A stretch of DNA of 64,000 bases from an uncultured delta proteobacterium (GCA_963804165.1 CAWDPO010000043.1:128001-192000), one strand, 5' to 3'. Counted from the stretch's first letter, positions 11,401 through 22,443 are shown. The notes: a model not told the origin generated them from the sequence alone. Program-made: numbers and translations.

Positions 11401-14319
11401 GGGGGCCGTCGGGACTGTGGCGCCACGGGATTTCCGGCGATCTGCCCGTCGTGCTCGTGCGCATCGATGAGGCTGAAGACCAGAGTATCGTACGTCAGTT
11501 GCTCCGCGCCCACGAATACTGGCGAATGAAACAGTTGGCGGTCGATCTTGTGATCTTGAACGAACAGCCCTCCTCCTACGCGCAAAATCTTCAGGACGCT
11601 TTGGAGACCCAGGTTCGGGCCAGCCAGTCGCGCCTGCAGCAGAGGGGCCGGACTCATTCGGCAATGTTTTTATTCTCCGCGGCGATCTCATTTCGGCTGA
11701 GGATCGCGCACTGCTCCAGACTGCCGCCCGGGCCGTGCTCTTGAGCCGCCGCGGCACCTTGGCCGAGCAAGTGGAACGTCAGCAACGATCCCAAACGCCT
11801 GCGCTTGCGCGCCACGGCGTCCGTCGGCGAGTAAGGCAGTGGATGTCTTGCCGGCGCGGCCGGAACTGGAATTCTTCAATGGCCTGGGCGGTTTCACCGC
11901 CGACGGCCGTGAATACGTGACGATTCTCGGCGAGGGACAATGGACGCCGGCGCCCTGGATCAACGTGGTCGCGAATCCTTCCTTCGGCTTTCAGGTGTCT
12001 GAATCAGGCGCGGGTTATACCTGGTCGCTCAACAGCCGCGAGAACCAGCTCACACCGTGGTCCAATGACCCGGTCAGCGACCCGCCCGGCGAGACGATAT
12101 ACGTGCGTGACGAAGAGACTGGCGAGTTGTGGAATCCCACGGTGCTGCCGATCCGCGAGGAGGCTTGGCCCTATACCGCCCGACACGGCCAGGGCTACAG
12201 CCGCTTCGAGCACGAGTCGCATGGAGTCGCCCTTGACCATTTACAGTTCGTGCCGCTCGCGGACCCAATTAAAATCTCCCGTCTCACGATCGAGAATCGC
12301 TCTGATCGATCACGGCGCTGTCGGTGACCGCGTACGTCGAGTGGGTGCTCGGGCGTTTCACGGAGCGCATCCGCTCCCTTCGTTGTCACCGAGATCGACG
12401 AGGAAACGCGGGCAATGTTCGCGCGTAACGCTTGGAATAGCGAGTTCGCTGGCCGTGTTGCGTTTGCCGACTAGGCGCGGCCAGCAAACGTCGTGGACTT
12501 GTGATCGGACGGAGTTTCTGGGTCGCCACGGCGCCCCCGATCATCCGGCATCTCTCGAACGAGGGGACCGCTTCTCGGGCAAAGTCGGTGCGGCTCTCGA
12601 CCCATGCGCTGCAATGCAGACGACGGTGGAACTGAACGCCGGGGGCCGTGCGGAGATCGTCTTTTTCCTCGGCGCGGCGGCGAGCGCGGAAGAAGCGCGA
12701 ACATTGATCGCGCGTTACCGCGATGCCGACCTTGATGAGCTCCTGCGCGCGGTCACCCAGTACTGGGATGACATTCTCGGTACGGTGCAGGTGAAAACCC
12801 CCGATCGGGCTATGAACTTTATGCTCAATCGTTGGCTGCTCTATCAGACGCTGGCCTGTCGTGTCTGGTCGCGCTCGGCGTTTTATCAAGCGGGCGGCGC
12901 GTACGGTTTTCGCGATCAGCTTCAAGACGTGATGGCGCTCGTGCTGGCGCAACGAGACATTGCGCGAGCGCAGTTACTGCGGGCCGCCGCGCGTCAATTC
13001 GTCGAGGGAGATGTGCAGCATTGGTGGCATCCTCCATCGGGCCGCGGCGTGCGCACCCGGGTCTCCGATGATCGCGTCTGGCTGCCGTACGCGGTCGTTC
13101 AATACTTGGAAGTCACCGACGATTTCGGACTACTTGATGAGGTCGTTCCCTTTCTCGAGGGTTCCACGCTCGCGGCGGGGCAGGAAGATTTGTATTTCGA
13201 GCCCCGGGTTTCCGCGCAAACCGGCACCTTGTTCGAGCACTGCGCTCGCGCTCTCGATCGCAGTTTGGCCGTTGGCAGTCACGGGCTTCCGCTGATCGGC
13301 ACGGGAGACTGGAACGATGGGATGAACCGGGTTGGATCTGCAGGAAAAGGCGAGAGCGTCTGGCTCGGCTTGGTTTCTTCACACCGTGCTTTGGGAATTT
13401 GCCCGGCTGGCCGATGCTCGCGGCGAGCACCAGCGTGCCGAGACTGTGGCGACTGCATGTCAGCGCGCTTAAAGCAGCGCTGGAACGAGAAGCGTGGGAT
13501 GGCGAATGGTATCGGCGCGCATACTTCGACGATGGGACGCCGCTCGGCTCCGCCGCGAACGCCGAATGCCGCATCGATTCGATCGCCCAATCCTGGGGCG
13601 TCATTTCCGGTGCCGCTGAGCCGGCTCGTGGAGCGCGCGCCATGGCGGCCGTCGAGAAACATCTCGTGCGCCGCGCCGAGGGACTCGTGCTCCTCTTCAG
13701 CCCGCCGTTTGACCGTGGGAGCCCCGATCCGGGCTATATTAAAGGGTACCTGCCCGGGGTGCGCGAAAACGGCGGCCAATATACTCATGCGGCGATCTGG
13801 TCCGTCATTGCTTTCGCGGCGCTCGGCGACGGCGACAAGGCCGGCGAACTTTTCTCGCTCTTGAACCCGATCAATCATGCGAGCAGCCGTGCCGGCGTTT
13901 ACCGCTACAAAGTCGAGCCCTATGTCGTCGCCGCCGATATTTATGCCGAACCGCCGCACGTCGGGCGCGGCGGCTGGACGTGGTACACCGGATCAGCGGG
14001 TTGGATGTACCGGGCCGGCATCGAGTGGATACTAGGTTTCCGTCTGCGCGGCACGAGGCTTTACCTCGATCCTTGTATCCCGCATGCATGGCGCAGCTTT
14101 GAGATCACATTTCGCCATCACTCGGCGCGTTACGAAATCGTCGTCGAGAACCCACAGGGGGTAATGCGCGGGGTGTCATCTGTTGAACTCGATGGCGCAC
14201 CGTTGGCAAGCGGCAGCATGCATATCCAGCTCGTCGACGACGGCGCAACGCACCATGTACGTGTAGTTCTCGGGTCAGAAGGCCTGCCACTCATGCACCA
14301 GGTGGCGATACCGCGATGA
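5442..14319 (+). CDS. ndvB: Cyclic beta-1,2-glucan synthase (Cgs/NdvB/ChvB type: GT84 + cyclising domain + GH94 phosphorylase), split by many indels
   Basis: Successive ORFs give PAAEWLVDNY, GWERKRGKL, ITLDADT, LLSHDLFEG, RQHRWARGDWQL, PPDNFQE/HRTSPTNIG, YDLLASEARL, SWSGSMFEYLMP, YQAGGAYGFRDQLQD, GDWNDGMN, RENGGQYTH, GRGGWTWYTGSAGW. Confidence 0.93.
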
Positions 14320-14497
14320 CTCCTGTCGCAAACGGTTGCCCGCTCAAGTCAACGGCAAAATTATACTCGCTGAGGAAAGTCTGAAGCAGCCAGTGCCAAC
14401 TACCAAAGATGGCTAGCTCGTTCATGACATCGAAAAGCATGCGAGCCGGCTCTTATTCTCAGTCAGAGCTTCTAGAGTGGTTGTGTCAGAAGACACC

Positions 14498-15107
14498 ATG
14501 GTGACTGAAACAATTCTCCGATGGATAATTGAATATGGATATATCGGTATCTTTTCAGTCCTGGCGCTAGGGATTATCGGCGCACCCATCCCGGATGAAG
14601 GGGTGCTCGCATTCGCGGGTTATCTTGTCTACGAAGGTAAGTTGCTGCTTGTACCGACTTTGGCCGCGGCATTTTTCGGCAGCGCGTGCGGTATCACGGT
14701 AAGCTATGCCTTGGGACGCACCGGTGGCGCATATCTAATTTCAAAATTTGGTCATGCCGTGCACATTACAGGAGAAAAAGTAACCCATGTTCATACCTGG
14801 TATGATCGTGTGGGGAAGTGGGGTCTGCTGTTTGGTTTTTACTTGCCGGGCGTACGGCATTTGATAGGATTTGGTGCTGGAATTGCGAAACTACCGGTAT
14901 CCGTGTTCGCTCTGTTTGCATTTATAGGAGCTTTCAGTTGGTCGGTCACCTTTGTTTCCGCTGGTTACTTATTAGGTAGACAATGGACTCTAGTCTTCGG
15001 CAAGATTCGCCCCACTCTGGTGAGTAGTTCTGTCGTTATCGTCAGTATTATTCTTGTTATACATTCTTGTTCTACGATTCCTTCACAAACAAAAACCCAA
15101 AGTGTAG
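14498..15107 (+). CDS. DedA family membrane protein (probable indel near 15045)
   Basis: YGYIGIF...GAPIPDEGVLAFAG...FYLPGVRH; an alternative frame ends FLLYILVLRFLHKQKPKV* at 15107. Confidence 0.88.
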
Positions 15108-15171
15108 CTTGTAAAAAGTTCCGCCGCTGCGGCAAAAAACACTCCCTATTACCAGATTACCAGGAAGCTCA

Positions 15172-16284
15172 ATGCCCGATCCCACAATCCCGTCCGAACC
15201 GAGCATCCATAGCGGCATCTGCTACGCGATCTTTGCCTACGACGCGGCGCGAGCAATCAATCTCGCCAACGCCGAACGGCGCGTGCACGAAACCACCGAG
15301 CGGCCGACCATCGCGCACAAGCGCCGCACGCCGAGTTATTTCGAATATCAGCCGCCGCCGGTGCGCTTGAGTCAAAACGCGACGCCGCTCCCAGTCGGCA
15401 AGTTTGCGACGCGGCCGGCGGTCGACGTGATGATTTATGATTTCGGCGCGGTCGCCGTTATCTACGCCCTGCCGATTGCCGGACCGCTCGACAATTTGCT
15501 CGGACTTAGCGAAGAACTGTACGACAACGAAGCGCTGCTCGTCGACTCTCGCCTGCGTGTTGATCAGCTTTTGAAAGTGATCGGCGACGCCGCGACTCAG
15601 TCACACCCTTCGCCATTCGTCGAAGACTACGTGATCTTCCACCTGGAGAGCTTTAGCGAACCACTGGATCCGAATCGATTCTGCACGCAAAACGCCCGTG
15701 AGATCGGTCAGATTCTTCGAGCCGAGCGGCAAACGCTCTCGGAGCAAGAAGTCGAGGACGCGCTCAGCGTGCGCGTTTCCTATGGCCCCGATGACGTTGC
15801 GATCGTGGATTGGAACGCTGCGTTGCTAGTCGATCGTGAAGGCGATGATGTCCGCGCGGTGCTCGAATTTGCCAACGTCGAATTGCTGGAAATGCGCTAC
15901 GTCGACCAGAAACTTGATCGCGCCCTGGATCAGGCTTACGCGACACTTTCGCGGCGCACATGGGGACTTCCGCGCATCTTCGCCTCTTACAGCGCTGACC
16001 TGCGCAGCCTGGCCGAATTGCAGGTCGACAGCGCCGCTTTGTTCGAAGGCGTCAACAACACGCTGAAGCTGATCGGCGATCAATACCTGGCGCGGCTCTA
16101 TCGCGTAGTTAGCCGCCGTTTCCATCTCGACGAATGGGACGCGAGCATCTTGCGCAAGCTGCAGACGCTCGAAAGCATCTACGAAAAGATCTCCACCCAG
16201 GCCTCCAATCGGCGCATGGAAACGTTGGAGTGGGTGATTATCTTTCTGATCGCCTTTTCCATCGCCTTGGAATTTATCCACTAA
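15172..16284 (+). CDS. RMD1/DUF155-like protein with C-terminal TM helix
   Basis: VLEFANVELLEMRYVDQKLD ... GDQYLARLY ... SNRRMETLEWVIIFLIAFSI C-terminus. Confidence 0.65.
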   Translation: MPDPTIPSEPSIHSGICYAIFAYDAARAINLANAERRVHETTERPTIAHKRRTPSYFEYQPPPVRLSQNATPLPVGKFATRPAVDVMIYDFGAVAVIYALPIAGPLDNLLGLSEELYDNEALLVDSRLRVDQLLKVIGDAATQSHPSPFVEDYVIFHLESFSEPLDPNRFCTQNAREIGQILRAERQTLSEQEVEDALSVRVSYGPDDVAIVDWNAALLVDREGDDVRAVLEFANVELLEMRYVDQKLDRALDQAYATLSRRTWGLPRIFASYSADLRSLAELQVDSAALFEGVNNTLKLIGDQYLARLYRVVSRRFHLDEWDASILRKLQTLESIYEKISTQASNRRMETLEWVIIFLIAFSIALEFIH

Positions 16285-16306
16285 AGCTTCCGCACCGCAC
16301 GTATCC

Positions 16307-17551
16307 ATGGAAACACTTTTAAATCTCGGTTTGGCCCTCACCCTCGGGCTGCTGGTCGGCGTCGAGCGAGGCTGGCAAGAGCGTGAGGCCGCGGAAGGCA
16401 GCCGGCTCGCCGGCATTCGAACTTTTGGCTTGATCGGTCTGCTCGGCGGTCTCTGGGAACTTCTCGGTCGCGGTTCAAGCGAGCTTCTCCTGGGCATTGC
16501 TTTTCTGGCGTTTGTCGTGCTGCTGTCGGTGGCACACGTTGCCGAGACGCGCGCCAGCCACGATTACGGCGTGACCACGCTGATTGCCGCTCTGATTACT
16601 TTCGCTCTCGGCGCCCTTTCAGTCCGCGGTGAGCGCGCTGTCGCCGCCACCGCTGCGGTGCTCACGACGATTATTCTGAGCCTTAAGCCGATCTTGCATC
16701 GGTGGCTGCAACATATTGAGCGGCAGGAATTGACTGCCGCGCTAAAACTCTTGCTGATTTCAGTGGTGATCCTGCCGGTCCTGCCGGATCGGGGTTACGG
16801 CCCATGGCAGGCGTTGAACCCCCACGAACTCTGGTGGCTCGTGGTCCTCATCGCTCTGATATCGTTTGCCGCCTATTGCGCCGTCAAAATCGCCGGCCCC
16901 GAGCGAGGCATCTTGCTGGCCGGGTTTCTCGGTGGACTCGTCTCTTCGACGGGAGTGAGCCTCCATCTCTCGCGCCTGGCGGCGGAAAGCAAACAACGCA
17001 ACATCATCGTCGCTGGAATATTAGTGGCGTCGGCGACCATGTTTGTCCGCGTGCTTTTCTTGACCGCGGTACTGAATCCCGGTTTGGCGAAATTGCTCGG
17101 CCCGCCCACGTTGGCCATGGCTCTATGGCTTTTCGGCGCCGCCGTTTTGCAAACGCGGAGAAGCGAGGGAGCCGCTCTCGATTCTTTGAAATTACGCAAC
17201 CCGGTCGAGCTAGGACAGGCCCTCCAGTTCGGCCTGCTCCTCGCGCTGATTATGCTGGGGACTCATGCAGCGCGGGCTTGGTTGGGCGAGCCTGGCATCT
17301 ATCTTCTCGCCGCCATCTCCGGCGTCGCTGACGTAGACGCCATCACCTTATCTATGTCGCGGTTGGGGTTTGGCGAAATATCGATTCGTTCCGCTGCCTT
17401 CGCGGTATTGATTGCAACGATGGTCAACACTCTGACTAAGGCTGCTTTGGTGGCGATCATCGCCGGCGCAAAGACCGCTGCACCCATTGCCGGGCCAATC
17501 GCTGGATGTCTGTTGATCGGCGCGGTTCTCGGCTGGTGGTGGGTCTACTAG
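16307..17551 (+). CDS. MgtC/SapB N-terminal + DUF4010 membrane protein
   Basis: GLLVGVERGW...AGIRTFGLIG; GGLVSST; GVADVDAITLS. Confidence 0.9.
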   Translation: METLLNLGLALTLGLLVGVERGWQEREAAEGSRLAGIRTFGLIGLLGGLWELLGRGSSELLLGIAFLAFVVLLSVAHVAETRASHDYGVTTLIAALITFALGALSVRGERAVAATAAVLTTIILSLKPILHRWLQHIERQELTAALKLLLISVVILPVLPDRGYGPWQALNPHELWWLVVLIALISFAAYCAVKIAGPERGILLAGFLGGLVSSTGVSLHLSRLAAESKQRNIIVAGILVASATMFVRVLFLTAVLNPGLAKLLGPPTLAMALWLFGAAVLQTRRSEGAALDSLKLRNPVELGQALQFGLLLALIMLGTHAARAWLGEPGIYLLAAISGVADVDAITLSMSRLGFGEISIRSAAFAVLIATMVNTLTKAALVAIIAGAKTAAPIAGPIAGCLLIGAVLGWWWVY

Positions 17552-17573
17552 TGTCGATGTTTAAAGCGCTCGA

Positions 17574-18437
17574 TCATCTGGCCGGCACGGCGAGCACCGG
17601 ACAGTGTGCCCCGCGCAGCACTCTTTCCGTCGTGCTGCCGCGCAGAGCATCCAAAAAACCCATATGCCCTTGGGTTGCTAGCACCATAAGATCGGGACGC
17701 CACTTCGCCTCAGCTTTGAGGATTTCGTCTACGACCTCACCTCGTCTTACGATTGTTTCAAAGGACCATCCACGCCCCAAAGGCAAATCAACGACGGGTG
17801 GCCTCCTATTGTCAGTTGCGATGTGAATTAGGCGAAATTCTCCTGCCACGCAGTTCAGGCCCAGCGCCAAAAGTAAAGCTCTGTCGAGCGCCGTTTGCGG
17901 ATCGGGATCATGATCAATAGGAACGAGAATTTTTTTTAGCGCGACCGAACCGTTATTGGGTGAAACAAATCCTTTTCCTTCATGAGGAATAAACAGCGTC
18001 ATCGCTCCCGACCGGCGCGCGAGAGGCTCTGCGACCGCTTTATACAACCAGCGATCGAGGCCTTCCCTCTGGTGCGTAGCCAGTACAATTAAGTCTGGCG
18101 GAAATCTGTGGAAATGCCGCAGCATGCTTTCGACAGGATCGGCACTTGAAGTTAGAATCTTCCTTATACCGAGTCCGGCTTTGGCGACTTCTTCCTGCCG
18201 AGTACCGCTGGGCAGGATACTCCAGCGCGTCAATGTGGCTCGCACAGCCGGGAAATCAAGCCAGTCGGCTTTCTCTGGCTTGGCTTGTGGTTGCACGTGC
18301 ATGATATCGAGCTTCGCTTTTGACTGCAGTGCAATTTTGAGGGCATGACCAAAGGCAACTTCGCTAGCCGAGGAGAAATCCGACGGATGGAAGATAACAA
18401 ACTTTCGACCAACCTGGTTTCTAATTGAGGACATCAT
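17574..18437 (-). CDS. Universal stress protein (tandem domain)
   Basis: IFHPSDFS; LATQGHMGFLDALRGSTTERVLRGAHCPVLAVP. Confidence 0.9.
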   Translation of the reverse strand: MMSSIRNQVGRKFVIFHPSDFSSASEVAFGHALKIALQSKAKLDIMHVQPQAKPEKADWLDFPAVRATLTRWSILPSGTRQEEVAKAGLGIRKILTSSADPVESMLRHFHRFPPDLIVLATHQREGLDRWLYKAVAEPLARRSGAMTLFIPHEGKGFVSPNNGSVALKKILVPIDHDPDPQTALDRALLLALGLNCVAGEFRLIHIATDNRRPPVVDLPLGRGWSFETIVRRGEVVDEILKAEAKWRPDLMVLATQGHMGFLDALRGSTTERVLRGAHCPVLAVPAR

Positions 18438-18565
18438 CTAGTCCAAATTCCTATCTATCAAGTCATTCTTTGTCTTTCGAACCACGCATGGCCGTAGCCG
18501 TAAGAAAAATCGCCTCAGACCAGAGATCAAAATCCTTGTCTATGCCGCCTCTCTGCGGTCGCGAT

Positions 18566-19432
18566 CTAAATGGCCGGTACGGCGAGCACCGGGCAATGCG
18601 CCCCGCGCAGCACTCTTTCCGTGGTGCTGCCGCGCAGAGCGTCGAGAAAGTCTCGGTGCCCTTGAGTCGCCATAACGATTAAATCCGGCGACCAGTCGGC
18701 CTCTTCTTCGAGAATGCGCTCGATCGCGTCACCAGGCACCAACCGTTGCTGCCAACGCCAATTGGGTTGGTGCGGCAAATATAGGGTCGGCATTCCCCGC
18801 TCCGTGCCCACGTGCAAGAGCTTGAACTCGATCTTGGGACAATCGAATCCGGTGGCCAGAAAATAGGCTTCGTCGAGCGCCGCTTGCGCATTAGGTTGAT
18901 GGTCCACGGGAATGAGAATGCGGCGGAGCGTGACGGAGCCATCGGCAGGCGAAATAAATCCTCGGCCGTGAGTCGGCACGAATAGGGTCATGGCGCGGGA
19001 GCGGCGCGCCAGTGGCTCGGCCACCGGTTTATGCAGCCAACGGCCAAGCCCCGCGCGCTGATGCGTCGCCAACACCAGCAGATCAGGGGGGTGATCCTCA
19101 CAATAAGTCACCATCGCCTCCAACGGATCGCTTTCCGAATAGAGAACCTTCTTCACGCGCAAACCGGTCTTGGCGACTTCTTCTGCGCTGGCTTTCGCCG
19201 GTAAAATATTCCAGCGCGCCAAGGTCTCCCGTACCCCGGGAAACTCAATCCAATGAATGTCGTTCTCACGGCCGACCTTGTGCCGTTCCACGTGTACGAT
19301 CTCCAGCTCCGTCTTGGCCTGCAGAGCGATCTTGAGCGCATGGGCAAACGCTACCCGGCTCGCTTTGGAAAATTCTGATGGATGTAGAATTCTAATCAGC
19401 GGCTCGCCGCCGGTTTTTGTTTGGTCATTCAT
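18566..19432 (-). CDS. Universal stress protein (tandem domain), paralog of the adjacent gene
   Basis: ILHPSEFS; MATQGHRDFLDALRGSTTERVLRGAHCPVLAVP; GGAG before ATG at 19432. Confidence 0.9.
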   Translation of the reverse strand: MNDQTKTGGEPLIRILHPSEFSKASRVAFAHALKIALQAKTELEIVHVERHKVGRENDIHWIEFPGVRETLARWNILPAKASAEEVAKTGLRVKKVLYSESDPLEAMVTYCEDHPPDLLVLATHQRAGLGRWLHKPVAEPLARRSRAMTLFVPTHGRGFISPADGSVTLRRILIPVDHQPNAQAALDEAYFLATGFDCPKIEFKLLHVGTERGMPTLYLPHQPNWRWQQRLVPGDAIERILEEEADWSPDLIVMATQGHRDFLDALRGSTTERVLRGAHCPVLAVPAI

Positions 19433-19461
19433 ATCGAGCTCCATAGTCGTCGCCCGCACCG

Positions 19462-19959
19462 TTAATGGGCGGCCTTGGGTTTCACCGTCAGCACCGGACA
19501 AGGCGCGTGACGTACGATCTTTTCGGCGACGTTGCCGATCACCAGACGCTTGAGGCCGGTTCGGCCATGGGTCGCCAAGACGACGAGATCGGTCCGCAAA
19601 TCTTCGGTTGCATCGAGGATCGCCTCAAACGGATCGCCTCTGCGGACGTGGTAACGGACTTTGCCGTAGTGTTGCGCGACATCGTGACAAAACTGTTTGA
19701 GCAAGACTTCCGAGTGTTCCTCCGTGGCCCGCAAGATCTTGGCGCGCCTTTGTGGCTCGCCGGCATAGACATCGATGAGCGCCGGATCCGTCTGCGTGAT
19801 TTCGCTCATATAGACTTCATCGAAGGGATTATGGATTACGTGGAGAATGTCTAGCGTGCCTTCGCTGGCTTCGGCAACCTTCACCGCCAGCTTCAACGCC
19901 TCCAAAGAAAATCCCGAAAGATCCACTGGGCAGAATATTCGTTTGAAATCGAGACTCAT
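19462..19959 (-). CDS. Universal stress protein (single domain)
   Basis: IFCPVDLS; ATHGRTGLKRLVIGNVAEKIVRHAPCPVL. Confidence 0.92.
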   Translation of the reverse strand: MSLDFKRIFCPVDLSGFSLEALKLAVKVAEASEGTLDILHVIHNPFDEVYMSEITQTDPALIDVYAGEPQRRAKILRATEEHSEVLLKQFCHDVAQHYGKVRYHVRRGDPFEAILDATEDLRTDLVVLATHGRTGLKRLVIGNVAEKIVRHAPCPVLTVKPKAAH

Positions 19960-19995
19960 GTTCGCCTCCCTGGGCTTTTAGATTGACTGAACGAT

Positions 19996-21807
19996 TTAAG
20001 ACGCCTTTCGGTACATATCTTCGATTAAGTCTTTGTAGCGCTCGACAATCACTTGCCGCCGCGGCTTTAGCGTCGGAGTCAATTCTTCGCTCTCGACGGT
20101 GAAATCGCGGTCGAGAATCGTGAAACTTCGAATCGCTTCATAGGGCGCCAGAACCTTATTGGTCTTTTGAATAATCTCCCGCACTTGCGTCTGCACCCAC
20201 GGATGCGCCGCTAGACTCACCGCTGGATCGATTTCAATGCCGCTTTGCTCTGCCAATCGCCGTACTCGTTGAACATTGAGAGTGATCAAAGCTAAAACGT
20301 GGCGCTGCCCCCTGCCAACGATCAGAGCTTGGCTAATCAGGGGGTAGGATTTCAAAAGGTTTTCAAGTTTCTGCGGCGCGACTTTCTTGCCCCCGGAAGT
20401 CACGATCAAATCTCGCTTGCGCTCCGTAATGCGCAAAAAACCATCGGCGTCGACGGCGCCGACGTCACCCGTGTGAAACCAGCCCTCGGCGTCGATCGCT
20501 TCTTGAGTTGCCAGCAGATCGCGGAAGTAGGCTTTGAAAATATTCGGCCCGCGCAGCAAAATCTCACCATCCTCCGCGACGCGACATTCGACACCCGCCA
20601 GCGGCAATCCCACCGTGCCGAACTTGAAATGCCCTGGCCGATTCACGTGGGATACCGTCGACGTTTCCGTCGATCCATAGCCTTCGAGAACGACCATACC
20701 CAACGCGTGGAAAAACCCAGCGATCTCCGGTGACAAGGGCGCGCCACCCGAAATCGCCATGCGCAACCAACCGCCAAACCCCGAGCGCACGCGCGAGAAT
20801 ATCAACAGGTCGGCGACGGCGACGGCTATTGCCGCCGACCAGTCCTGTCTTTTTCCTGCCAATCGCGCCTGCGCCTTTGCCAGGGCCCAATAGAAAAGTT
20901 TCCTGCGCCAGCCATGTTCTCTACCGAGGCGCAGGCGAATGCGATTGTATGCTTGCTCATAGATGCGCGGCACGGAGAAAATCACAGTCGGTCGAATCCT
21001 ACGAAGATCGCTCGCAATGGTCTCCACCGAGCGGGCGACGGTCAGCGTCCAACCTTTTGCCACGGCCATGAAATGCTCTAACCGGCCGAGCGAATGCGCG
21101 GTCGGGAGAAAGTGCAGCGTCACGTCGGCATCGGTTGAGGGCACCGCCGCATCGACCGCGCCGATCATGAATAGATAGTTAGCGTGAGTCGTTAACACTC
21201 CCTTCGGTGTGCCCGTCGTGCCGGAAGTGTAAATGATCGTCAGATCGTCCTCGCAACGAATGCTCTGCGCGAGATTTTCAAAAATATCCTCATGCCGTTC
21301 TGTGTACCCGCGCCCGATCTCCCGGAGACGATCCAGGGTGAGTACGGGTTTCTCTATTCCTACTCCCGAACTGCTTCGATCGCCTTCGATCACGATCACC
21401 GACTTGAGTTGATCCGCCGGGCTCGAATGGAGATCTAACCCGGCAAGGCGCTGCGGTGAATCGACAAAGAGAACCGTCGGATCCGCATGCTCGATGATGT
21501 GGCGCGCTTGGGTTGTCGTACTCGCGGCATAGATCGGAACAGTCAAGGCACCGATACAAATATTCGCCCAATCGGCGAGCAGCCATTCGACCCGGTTGCT
21601 GGCGAAGATCGCGACCCGATCACCGCGTTCGATGCCGAGTGACACTAAACCGAGGGCGATTTCGCGAACCTGGCTTAACGCTTCGTTCCAGGTCAGCGAG
21701 CGCCACTGACCGTCGCGCGAGAAACGATAGAGGACCTTTTGGCCATAACGCCCGGCCTGAGCGATAAACATGGCGGCGAGGCTGCTATAGGGAAATGCTT
21801 GATTCAT
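19996..21807 (-). CDS. Long-chain fatty-acid--CoA ligase (FadD15-like AMP-dependent synthetase)
   Basis: IIYTSGTTGTPKG; EGYGSTETS; GWFHTGDVG; ELTPTLK; likely start MNQAFP at 21807. Confidence 0.92.
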   Translation of the reverse strand: MNQAFPYSSLAAMFIAQAGRYGQKVLYRFSRDGQWRSLTWNEALSQVREIALGLVSLGIERGDRVAIFASNRVEWLLADWANICIGALTVPIYAASTTTQARHIIEHADPTVLFVDSPQRLAGLDLHSSPADQLKSVIVIEGDRSSSGVGIEKPVLTLDRLREIGRGYTERHEDIFENLAQSIRCEDDLTIIYTSGTTGTPKGVLTTHANYLFMIGAVDAAVPSTDADVTLHFLPTAHSLGRLEHFMAVAKGWTLTVARSVETIASDLRRIRPTVIFSVPRIYEQAYNRIRLRLGREHGWRRKLFYWALAKAQARLAGKRQDWSAAIAVAVADLLIFSRVRSGFGGWLRMAISGGAPLSPEIAGFFHALGMVVLEGYGSTETSTVSHVNRPGHFKFGTVGLPLAGVECRVAEDGEILLRGPNIFKAYFRDLLATQEAIDAEGWFHTGDVGAVDADGFLRITERKRDLIVTSGGKKVAPQKLENLLKSYPLISQALIVGRGQRHVLALITLNVQRVRRLAEQSGIEIDPAVSLAAHPWVQTQVREIIQKTNKVLAPYEAIRSFTILDRDFTVESEELTPTLKPRRQVIVERYKDLIEDMYRKAS

Positions 21808-21848
21808 CGCGTTGGCGATCTCCGTCAATGACCTATGAACACCAAATG

Positions 21849-22213
21849 TTAGAGCGCCACGCCGACGCCCACTATGACGAAAGTCCCGTCCAGCACCGGG
21901 TGCGAACTGTCCAAGAGTCCCCGATCCATCGCCACCTGACAAATGCCGAATCGATCGATCCATAAAGTTCGATGGAGTCAACGTCCCATTTGGTCCGTGC
22001 ATCGTTATAAAAGATCAGGATTCCCGCTGCTCCGTCTTCATCAATAAACATGGTGTAATCGATCACAGTCATGGGGTTTCGATCGGGAATTGTTGGCGGC
22101 AGGATGACTCGCTCGTGTCGAAGATTTTCTCCGACTCTGAGCTGCTCGGGCATCGCTTTATCGCTTAAGACCAATGCTGCGATCAAAACCAGGAAGCCGC
22201 AGAGTTTCTTCAT
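21849..22213 (-). CDS. Hypothetical exported protein (frameshift/deletion near 21960)
   Basis: Signal peptide MKKLCGFLVLIAALVLS; continues in another frame as WIDRFGICQVAMDRGLLD...VGVAL* ending at 21849. Confidence 0.55.
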
Positions 22214-22241
22214 TTTCCATCACCACCGTGATAACAAACAG

Positions 22242-22256
22242 GCAAACTATGTGCCC
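22242..22256 (-). promoter_or_regulatory. Sigma-54 promoter (-24/-12)
   Basis: Minus strand GGGCACATAGTTTGC, about 30 nt upstream of the ATG at 22213. Confidence 0.75.
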
Positions 22257-22428
22257 AGCGATGGAGCCCAGGCACAGTTAGAATCTCAATGAATGCGGCT
22301 GATGATTCGAATCAAACGCTCGGAATTTTCTCAGAGATGAAAATCTCTAGGACGTTTTCCTACTAAGAATGCGAAGGAAACTTGCGCTCGGCTCAGCAAA
22401 AGTGGGGGATTCATTAGGATACAACTCG

Positions 22429-22443
22429 CGGCACTCCAATTGC
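22429..22443 (+). promoter_or_regulatory. Sigma-54 promoter (-24/-12)
   Basis: CGGCACTCCAATTGC, about 60 nt upstream of the ATG at 22503. Confidence 0.72.

Noticed and set aside
14385-14400. TTGGCAC sigma-54-like box on the minus strand
   Set aside because: GG-to-GC spacing is 8 rather than 10, and it points into the 3' end of the glucan synthase.
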